A stretch of DNA of 23,144 nucleotides from assembly GCA_031255985.1 (NCBI GenBank), contig JAIRRL010000198.1, positions 1 to 23,144 of the forward strand. Direction: 5' to 3'. Below are positions 7,755 to 14,734 of the stretch, one piece after another (within the stretch, counting starts at the first letter, position 1; each line of letters starts with the position of its first letter). The notes beneath the pieces are model-generated. The model did no database searches, was not told where the DNA came from, and saw only the letters and a program-made list of their open reading frames with translations. Position numbers and translations under genes: made by a program. The DNA is from Gracilibacteraceae bacterium (GTDB lineage: Bacteria > Bacillota > Desulfitobacteriia > Desulfitobacteriales > Syntrophobotulaceae).

Positions 7755-8044
7755 CGCCGTTTCCTCCCATAAATTAGTGGCGTTTAAGCGGATTGCCCAT
7801 ACCGACTTTTGCGGCGGATAAATTAAGCATCACGCCGGCGGCCACGGAAGCTGCTGCTTTGATGGGCGCCGCGCCTATGCGGTATCCTCTCCCGACAGGG
7901 CAAAACCGGTATTGCGTTCCCGTCGCCCTCTAAGGGCAGCGGTTGGCCGGACAATCCACGACGCCGGTCAGATGATGTTCGAGTTTTTCACTCACCTTGA
8001 ACGTGCGGCTCTTTCGAGCCAGCTTGTCCACCACAGGCTGACAT

Positions 8045-8075
8045 CAGGTCAGGCGGGATTCGAACCCGCGTTAAG
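8045..8075 (-). other. Orphan tRNA/tmRNA-like 3' fragment (T-arm GCGGG-TTCGAAT-CCCGC plus 7-nt acceptor 3' strand CTGACCT and discriminator G), with no matching 5' half
   Basis: The minus strand reads …TTAACGCGGGTTCGAATCCCGCCTGACCTG. The T-loop is canonical, but no complementary AGGTCAG, D-arm or anticodon arm is found within 400 nt upstream. Confidence 0.5.
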
Positions 8076-8263
8076 GAGCAAGCATTCACTTGGCACACCG
8101 CGAGAGCATAGCTTCCGGCGCCGCGGGATATTCGCCTTGCCTTCTTTCCAAACGCGAATGTGAGGTTTCCGGCGTCATAGTCGCTGACATCCACGCAAAA
8201 GTGACCTTGCGTTGTCATTATACGAGGAGGGCAGATGAAAATCGTGGAAAAAAAGTTGCGAAC

Positions 8264-9220
8264 TCAATTTTCTGAGTCCGCCATCTTCCGGGAAACGGTT
8301 TGTTGCATCGAGATTCGATTCTTGATAAGGGAGATAAAACTGTCCGGGGCGGTCACTCTCAGCATGGGGCCGAAGGCGAGGATGCGGATTAGGATTTCCC
8401 TCTCGTCCCGCGCCTCATACCAAAGCGTTACATCATACATTCCGTTATCAAGCCGCCGCGTCTCCTTGCGGCAGTCGGAGAAGTGGAGCATGACCCGGTC
8501 GAGTGCGTTCCGTTCGTTTTTCAGCGTAAACCGGACGGCGGCGGCGCGGCGTTTCGGCGCAATGAGTTTTTCGGCGTCGTATTCCTCCAGCAGTTCACAG
8601 CTTTCAATTTGTTTGAGGTTAATATAGACCGTATAGCGTCCGCCCGCTGTTTCGAGCCGGAATCTATCGTCTTTCGCGGAATACTCCAGCCGGTAAGGGA
8701 TAATCCGCACGTGCATAAGGCGGTTGCGGCGGTTGCGATATTTTATATGCAGCCGCCGCTTGCCCTGCATTGCCGCCAGAATCGTCTTAAACCGGGCGAT
8801 ATATTCATCGTCAGTAAACGGATCGCCGTCCGTGTAACGGTCAAAGAAGACGAAATCACCGGGCGTGAACAGAGGCTCTATTTCGTCAAGCCCGCTCATT
8901 GAAACGCTGAAGAGACCTATGCGCGGGTCGAGTGATACTGCTTTCAGCCATCTTTTCTGCAAGGTAGTCAACGGCATTTTGGGAATGTTCTTTATCGGCG
9001 TCTGGAAATTCTTATCCAAAACTGCCCACTCGCCGTTTTTCAAGGCTGGCAATATAGAGAGAACGCTCTCCGAAAACGCCCGCTCGCGGATAATCTCGTT
9101 AATCCGATTAACCGACAGCTTGCCGTCCAATGCTTCCGTTATTACCGCTGCCACGGCGTTGAAATATGCGGAGTAGACCTCGCTAAACAGCATTGCCGCC
9201 ACCCCCGTACATCGCGGCAA
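8264..9220 (-). CDS. WYL-domain transcriptional regulator (PafC-like second member of a pair)
   Basis: Central WYL-like segment (…RRLHIKYRNRRNRLMHVRIIPYRLEYSAKDDRFRLETA…). C-terminal WCX-like segment (…YDVTLWYEARDEREILIRILAFGPMLRVTAPDSFISLIKNRI). Confidence 0.55.
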   Translation of the reverse strand: MPRCTGVAAMLFSEVYSAYFNAVAAVITEALDGKLSVNRINEIIRERAFSESVLSILPALKNGEWAVLDKNFQTPIKNIPKMPLTTLQKRWLKAVSLDPRIGLFSVSMSGLDEIEPLFTPGDFVFFDRYTDGDPFTDDEYIARFKTILAAMQGKRRLHIKYRNRRNRLMHVRIIPYRLEYSAKDDRFRLETAGGRYTVYINLKQIESCELLEEYDAEKLIAPKRRAAAVRFTLKNERNALDRVMLHFSDCRKETRRLDNGMYDVTLWYEARDEREILIRILAFGPMLRVTAPDSFISLIKNRISMQQTVSRKMADSEN

Positions 9221-10424
9221 ATGCGGCGTAATCCGTCCAGAATTGCTGCTCGACCTTTTTATTGGAGCAGGTCAAAGACGATATGCGCCCGATGAAAGTC
9301 CTTAGCCACGGCATCAGTTCCCAAGCGTCATACACATCGGCGGTAAACGTCCACTCGTTCTCAGAAGTTTGCGTAACTTCCCCGCAGCGTTTTTCCCGCT
9401 CCAGACGGCGGATAATATGTATGTCTTTTGGGTCAATCGCGAGTATCATCTCCAAATGTTCGAGCCGGCACTGCCCGCAGGCGACGCCCCAAATGCGCGG
9501 CTGCTCTGTTTTGAGTGTTTCCTGGAGCGCCTCGTATTCAGCCTCGGTTTCCAGAGGCTTAACCTTAACGATAGCATCCAGGCGGAAAAAAACTATTTTC
9601 TTTTTCCATGCGCTGTATGCCGCTATGTACTGCCTGCCGCCCTGAGCGCTGATATAGATTTTCAGCGGAACTATAACGGCTTGCCTTCTGCCGCCGTGAC
9701 GGCCGGCGGCCAGTTCAAGCGCAACCTTTTGGCGCGCGCGAATAGCGGCGAGCAGATCCAAAAGGATGCCGTTATCCAAAGCGAACAGCAGGTACCTGTG
9801 TTTGAACGAGAACACGGTTGGTTTCGGCGCGCGATATTTGTCAAGGATAAAACTGCCGACCACGCCGAGCGGGTTACACTCGGAAAAAAACTCCGCTGCG
9901 TTTTGCCACGAATCCAAGTCCACGGTATCTGCGGCCAGCGAGTATAGATACTGCTTGCCGCTTTTGCCGGTCGTGAGCAATCCTGCGTCTGTGTACTCTT
10001 TCAGCTTTTTTCGCAGGGTCGATTCGTCTATCGGATCCGGGCAATCGAATGACGACAGATATTTCTCATCGATAGTTGCGAGCAACTCCATAAGGCTTCG
10101 AGGCTTGCCGTCAGCCAAAATATCAAGCAGGATAAAGTGGAGGTTGATGTCGTTTTTGGTAAAACTCGCGGCTTTCCACGCTCTGTACAGCGGATTGCGA
10201 GGTATATGGCGGCTGTCCACAGATAGAAAAACCGCCTTGCCGCCGGCGTCCTGCCGAAACGACATAAAGTCGCCGAGCCAGCTTTCAAGACGGCGTTTTT
10301 CGTTGTCATAGCTGCGCGGACTCTTTGTGCCGACCTCATCCCGACTCTTGAAGCCATATACAAAAAACTCCCGCATATAAACGCGAATACGCGACATGTT
10401 TTTGATTAGCTCTCTGTATGCCAT
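9183..10424 (-). CDS. HTH + WYL + WCX domain transcriptional regulator (PafB-like)
   Basis: Winged-helix region (GKPRSLMELLATIDEKY…). WYL core (…QYIAAYSAWKKKIVFFRLDAIVKVKPLE). WCX-like C-terminus (…WTFTADVYDAWELMPWLRTFIGRI). Overlaps the downstream WYL gene by 38 nt. Confidence 0.6.
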   Translation of the reverse strand: MAYRELIKNMSRIRVYMREFFVYGFKSRDEVGTKSPRSYDNEKRRLESWLGDFMSFRQDAGGKAVFLSVDSRHIPRNPLYRAWKAASFTKNDINLHFILLDILADGKPRSLMELLATIDEKYLSSFDCPDPIDESTLRKKLKEYTDAGLLTTGKSGKQYLYSLAADTVDLDSWQNAAEFFSECNPLGVVGSFILDKYRAPKPTVFSFKHRYLLFALDNGILLDLLAAIRARQKVALELAAGRHGGRRQAVIVPLKIYISAQGGRQYIAAYSAWKKKIVFFRLDAIVKVKPLETEAEYEALQETLKTEQPRIWGVACGQCRLEHLEMILAIDPKDIHIIRRLEREKRCGEVTQTSENEWTFTADVYDAWELMPWLRTFIGRISSLTCSNKKVEQQFWTDYAAFAAMYGGGGNAV

Positions 10425-10645
10425 TTCCTCACTGCCTTTGTCACAGTGAATTGCTCACGGTCTATTCGCCAATGAGCGGCTGCGTGACGGAACCGTCCAT
10501 CAAGCGGCAGATGTTCGCCATGTCAATTTTCGGACGCTTCTCTTAATAAACCGTAATCGCGCCTCCCGCGAAATGATGTTCTCAGTGTAACACACAAGGT
10601 CGCGCAAGGCAACGATGTTAGCGCCGGGGAGACGGCGCTGGGTGT

Positions 10646-10984
10646 TCAATAAAAATCATTGTCCTGCATTTTTTCAAGCCACAGTTCTCGCAAGGTTTTA
10701 AGGTCGCCTGTGAACTCCGGATCCGTTTGCGCTTCCCCTTTTTCGAGTTCTTCCAAAACCTCAAAAACAAACGGCGGGTTATCAGACCATTCGTCAAGCA
10801 ATTTATGATGATAACACGCGCCTGTTTTTTTCATGAAGTCAAAGCGATTGCGGCTGCCTTGCATGTCGCCCGTACTGTCAAGCAACCTTTTCCCGTTATT
10901 TGTATTGCGTATCGCAAACACCCCGCCGATTACTTTTCGTTCTCGATATGCGGATAAAAGCTCTTTTCTCGTTTTTGATTTCAT
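10646..10984 (-). CDS. Small GIY-YIG-like domain protein with substituted catalytic tyrosines (probably a degenerate nuclease fold)
   Basis: …GGVFAIRNTNNGKRLLDSTGDMQGSRNRFDF…HHKLLDEW…FVFEVLEE…LRELWLEKM follows the spacing of the GIY-(x10)-YIG…R…H…E…N pattern, but with GVF and LLD in place of GIY and YIG. Confidence 0.4.
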   Translation of the reverse strand: MKSKTRKELLSAYRERKVIGGVFAIRNTNNGKRLLDSTGDMQGSRNRFDFMKKTGACYHHKLLDEWSDNPPFVFEVLEELEKGEAQTDPEFTGDLKTLRELWLEKMQDNDFY

Positions 10985-11243
10985 AAGTTCCTCATTTCTT
11001 CATTTCTTCGCAACGAGCCGCGGCGCATTGTCCTCCGGCAGGGATCCGGGGCAGAGACCGCGGCGGTTCTGGCGCAGCCAAACCGTCAGAGTGGATTTTA
11101 CGCTTTGAAAAAGCGGGAGGAAACGTCACCGGCAGTCGCTGCGAGCCCGCAGTTCCAGCGCCAAAATGATTATACAGCAAACAAACAACGAGAACAACTG
11201 AAGAATTATCTTCGGGCGTCGTCTTCGGCGTCCCGGCGTCCTC

Positions 11244-11272
11244 TTGACAAGCGGGGTGAAAATATCTACAAT
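11244..11272 (+). promoter_or_regulatory. Perfect consensus sigma-70 promoter TTGACA-17-TACAAT ending 6 nt before the ATG at 11279 (leaderless or near-leaderless transcript)
   Basis: Read directly: cTTGACAagcggggtgaaaatatcTACAATgagtcgATGaat. There is no Shine-Dalgarno between the -10 and the ATG. Confidence 0.55.
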
Positions 11273-11278
11273 GAGTCG

Positions 11279-13474
11279 ATGAATAAAAATAAAATCGCCG
11301 TTTACGGCAAAGGCGGCATAGGCAAATCCACAGTCAGCGCCAATTTAGCCGCGGCGCTGGCGGAAACCGGCGTCCGGGTTCTGCAGATCGGCTGCGACCC
11401 CAAGCGCGATTCTACGCGCCTGCTCACGGGCGGGCGGCGGATCACGACGGTTTTGGATTATACGCGGGTTACGGGCCATGCGGAGCGCCGGATAGAGGAC
11501 GTGCTGTTCAGGGGGCGCCTGGGCGTGGGCTGTGTGGAAGCGGGCGGCCCGAAACCGGGAGTGGGCTGCGCGGGGCGGGGGATTATCTCCGCTTTTGAGC
11601 TGCTTGAACGCTTCGGGGCCGAAGCCGATTACGACGCCGTTATTTACGACGTGCTGGGCGACGTGGTCTGCGGCGGTTTTGCCGTGCCCATCAGGCGGGA
11701 ATACGCGAACATGATCTATATCGTCACTTCCGGCGAATTCATGGCTCTGTACGCGGCTAACAACATCCTGAGCGGAATCCGCAATTATGACGGCGATAAG
11801 CGGCGCGTGGCCGGCCTTATTTTCAACCGGCGCGGCTTGGAAGGGGAGGACGGGCGCGTCGCCCGTTTTGCCGCGGCCGTCCGGCTGCCGGTTTGCGCCG
11901 CCATACCCAGGAGCGGCGCTTTTGCCCGCTGCGAGGCGGAAAACAAAACGCTGCTTGAGGCTGGCTATGCACCGGCTGGGATTTTCAGGAAGCTGGCACG
12001 GGCGATTAACGCCGGCGTCAGCCTGTATGAAGCTCTGCCCCTGACGGAGGAAGAACTGGAAGGCGCCGTTCTGGGCCTGAGCGCCCCGCCCACCGCCGCC
12101 GGGATCCTCGCCGCTGACGCGGCCGAAACGGACAAGACCCGTTCGCCGGGGCGGAAGGACGATCCCGGCGGCGAAATGCTGTCTCTGAACATATTAAACG
12201 ACGATCCGCTCCACGGCTGCGCTTTCAACGGCGCCGTCACGATGGGCGTCCACCTGACGGACGCGGTGGTTCTCGCCCACTCGCCCCGGAGCTGCGCCTA
12301 TATTTCCTATCAGACGATCAGTTCTTCCGGCCGGCGCGGCCTGTTTGAGCGCGGACTCCTTTTGCCAAACTCCGTCTCGCCCAATCTGGAGTGCAGCTTC
12401 ATGAACGAAAACGATATGATTTTTGGCGGCTTGGACAAACTGGAGGCGAAAGTTCTGGAGCTGAAAAAGAAAAAGCCCAAGGCGATCATCGTCGTCAGCT
12501 CCTGCCCCTCCGGCATCATCGGGGACGACGTCAGCCGCGTTCTCCGCCACGCCGACGCCGGTACGCCTGTCATCGCCGTCAAAACCGACGGCAATCTCAC
12601 CGGCGATTATTTGCAGGGTATGCTGAACCTCTATACCGCTCTCGCCCGCGGCGTCATAGAGCGGAACGTCGAAGCGATCCCTGACGCGGTCAATATCGTC
12701 TTTGAAAAAGTGGTCGCCAAAAACACCGGCGCGAATTTCAGCGTTATCGAAGGTTTTTTGCGCCGTCTCGGCCTGAAAGTGAACTGCCGCTTCCTATGCG
12801 AAACGACTTTTGACCGGCTGCGGAATTTCCTGGCCGCCCCCCTCAATCTGCTGGCAAGTAATGACTATACAGGGAGATTGCTCCAAAAATTCTTTACGGC
12901 TGAATATGGCTGCGTATTTTTGCAGGACGGCTTCCCCGTAGGTTTTGACGAGACGAAAACCTGGCTGTTTCGGGTCGCGGATTTTTTTGGCCGGCGCGCG
13001 GCGGCGGCGGATTTGCTCCGGGAACACGAAGCCGGCTACCGGCGGCGGATGGAAGCTTTGCGGCCGGCTTTGCAAGGGCGCAAGCTGATGATCGTCACCT
13101 ACAACCACAATGTCGATTGGATATTGAAAGCCGCTATGGACGCGGGGATGGAAATCGTGAAACTCGGCATACTGAAATTTTCCCAGGACGCCGGTTTCGT
13201 GACCAAACTGGGCACAGGGCTGAACGTCGAGGAAAATTACGACGGGAACAAGCGGGAGGCCGACATGCGGCAATACGGCCCGGACGTGTTGCTGACCAAC
13301 TACAATTCCACGGACGAACCGGCGTCCGTCCTGACGGACACGATTCCCATGTGTCCCGACGTCGGTTTTTACTCCGGCCTGAACATGGTCAGCCGCTGGG
13401 CGGCGCTGCTGGAAAATAATTTGCGCGGGGAGTGGATGGACGATAAACGGCTCTTTGACAAATATTACGCCTGA
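11279..13474 (+). CDS. Nitrogenase-like fusion protein: NifH/BchL-type Fe-protein ATPase domain joined through a Pro/Ala-rich linker to a NifD/NifE-type component-1 domain
   Basis: The N-terminus MNKNKIAVYGKGGIGKST is a P-loop, with switch I/II regions present. The [4Fe-4S] ligand Cys are conserved (CVEAGGPKPGVGCAGRGI; DVLGDVVCGGFAVP). A linker of about 35 aa (PPTAAGILAADAAETDKTRSPGRKDDPGG) follows. The C-terminal domain carries NifD/E-type cluster motifs (HGCAFNGA; SPRSCAYIS; VSSCPSGIIGDD). The ORF track extends 58 codons upstream to a TTG at 11105, but that extension lies upstream of the consensus promoter and has no RBS, so the ATG at 11279 is preferred. Confidence 0.8.
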   Translation: MNKNKIAVYGKGGIGKSTVSANLAAALAETGVRVLQIGCDPKRDSTRLLTGGRRITTVLDYTRVTGHAERRIEDVLFRGRLGVGCVEAGGPKPGVGCAGRGIISAFELLERFGAEADYDAVIYDVLGDVVCGGFAVPIRREYANMIYIVTSGEFMALYAANNILSGIRNYDGDKRRVAGLIFNRRGLEGEDGRVARFAAAVRLPVCAAIPRSGAFARCEAENKTLLEAGYAPAGIFRKLARAINAGVSLYEALPLTEEELEGAVLGLSAPPTAAGILAADAAETDKTRSPGRKDDPGGEMLSLNILNDDPLHGCAFNGAVTMGVHLTDAVVLAHSPRSCAYISYQTISSSGRRGLFERGLLLPNSVSPNLECSFMNENDMIFGGLDKLEAKVLELKKKKPKAIIVVSSCPSGIIGDDVSRVLRHADAGTPVIAVKTDGNLTGDYLQGMLNLYTALARGVIERNVEAIPDAVNIVFEKVVAKNTGANFSVIEGFLRRLGLKVNCRFLCETTFDRLRNFLAAPLNLLASNDYTGRLLQKFFTAEYGCVFLQDGFPVGFDETKTWLFRVADFFGRRAAAADLLREHEAGYRRRMEALRPALQGRKLMIVTYNHNVDWILKAAMDAGMEIVKLGILKFSQDAGFVTKLGTGLNVEENYDGNKREADMRQYGPDVLLTNYNSTDEPASVLTDTIPMCPDVGFYSGLNMVSRWAALLENNLRGEWMDDKRLFDKYYA

Positions 13475-14732
13475 CAGCCTTTCGGGGATCATTTTCGCTC
13501 TGGAGGGCGTCGCGCGGGCGACGGTGCTGCTCAACGGCCCCACCGGCTGCAAATTTTACCACAGCGCCGTCTCCGACAGTCAGACGCTGGGGCGGGGCGG
13601 GCTGGATCCGCTGCTCTTTCCTGATTTATGGCATTTCGGTCAGCCCCGCGTACCCTGCACATACCTGGGCGGCCGCGATTATGTATACGGCAGCCGGGAA
13701 AAACTGGCAGCGGCGCTGCCCTGCCTGAGCCGCCAGGCGGATACCGATCTGCTCTGCGTCGTAAATTCGCCCGGCGCCGCGCTCATCGGCGACGACTTGC
13801 GCGCCGCCGCCGAAGCCGCCCTGCCGGACGCCCCCTGCGTCACGATAGAAACGCCGGGCTTTTCGGAAAATATTTTCGCCGGTTACGACAGCGCCGCCCA
13901 GGCGCTTATCCGCCAGCTCGACTGCCCAGCCCAAGCCCTGCGGCCCGCGACGGTCAATCTGCTGGGTCTGTCCGTATTCCAGCGGAACTACCGGGGCGAT
14001 CTGGCCGAGATGAAGCGGCTGCTGGCCCTTTGCGGCGTGGAGATGATCTGCGCTCTTTTCGCCGGAAGCGGTCTGAGCGAGATTCGGGCCATGCCGGCGG
14101 CGGCCCTGAACATCGTACTTCAGCCTGAATACGGTCTGGCGGCGGCCCGTCTGCTGGAAGAAAAATACGGAACGCCCTATATCGTCCGCGACGGCCCTCC
14201 TGTCGGCTTTGCGGCGACGGAGGAATTGATGAGCGCCGTCTGCGCCAGGCTCGGAGGCGACGCCGCCGCTTTCCGGGAAGAAAGCGAGCGGGCCAGGGCG
14301 CGCGCCTACAGTCATATTGCCCGTGTTCACGCTCTCAGCGGCTTGCCCAAGGGAGCGAAATTCGGTCTGGAAGGAACATATTCCGAGCTTTACGCTTACA
14401 CCAAATTTCTCACGGGCTATTTCGGCATGATCCCGGAAAGCGTCTCGGTTTTTTGCCCGGAGCGCAGCGAATACAAGGCCAAGTACACCGCCCTCCTTGA
14501 CGGGCTGGGGGCCGCCGCCGTGTTGAACCGCGGCTTGTTTGAGGCGGAAGCGGAGCTGATTTTCGCCAGCGGCGGTTCCATCGCGGCTCTGAAATTGCGC
14601 AAACGCGAATTCGTCGGCGTGGAAATCGCGCTGCCGACCTTGGGCTATATCGACGTGCTGCCCAAAGCGAATTACGGCGTCAACGGCGCTCTGCGCCTGA
14701 CGGAACAGGTGTTGAACGGCCTGCTGTTCTAG
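13455..14732 (+). CDS. Nitrogenase component-1 type oxidoreductase (NifK/NifN/BchB-like partner subunit)
   Basis: …LLNGPTGCKFYHSAVSDSQ… and …LLCVVNSPGAALIGDDL… match the GC…/…xIGDD motifs of NifK/N-like subunits. TTG start overlaps the upstream gene by 20 nt, suggesting translational coupling. Confidence 0.7.
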   Translation: MTNITPDSLSGIIFALEGVARATVLLNGPTGCKFYHSAVSDSQTLGRGGLDPLLFPDLWHFGQPRVPCTYLGGRDYVYGSREKLAAALPCLSRQADTDLLCVVNSPGAALIGDDLRAAAEAALPDAPCVTIETPGFSENIFAGYDSAAQALIRQLDCPAQALRPATVNLLGLSVFQRNYRGDLAEMKRLLALCGVEMICALFAGSGLSEIRAMPAAALNIVLQPEYGLAAARLLEEKYGTPYIVRDGPPVGFAATEELMSAVCARLGGDAAAFREESERARARAYSHIARVHALSGLPKGAKFGLEGTYSELYAYTKFLTGYFGMIPESVSVFCPERSEYKAKYTALLDGLGAAAVLNRGLFEAEAELIFASGGSIAALKLRKREFVGVEIALPTLGYIDVLPKANYGVNGALRLTEQVLNGLLF

Positions 14733-14734
14733 CC

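Noticed and set aside
8040-8420. Possible tmRNA (ssrA), since the 3' end closely resembles the E. coli tmRNA T-arm/acceptor
   Set aside because: No complementary 5' acceptor strand (AGGTCAG/GGGTCAG) within 400 nt on the same strand. No tag-peptide reading frame ending in Ala-Ala-stop. The region would overlap the WYL CDS. Retained only as a 3' fragment.
10621-10640. Hairpin AGCGCCG-gggaga-CGGCGCT immediately 3' of the GIY-YIG-like gene as an intrinsic terminator
   Set aside because: No U-tract follows on either strand. At most a weak or factor-dependent terminator. Not called as a feature.
11105-11278. TTG-initiated 58-codon N-terminal extension of the NifH-fusion gene
   Set aside because: It would start upstream of a perfect consensus promoter and has no RBS. 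The NifH family begins at the M-x-x-KIAxYGKGG motif, which coincides with the ATG at 11279.
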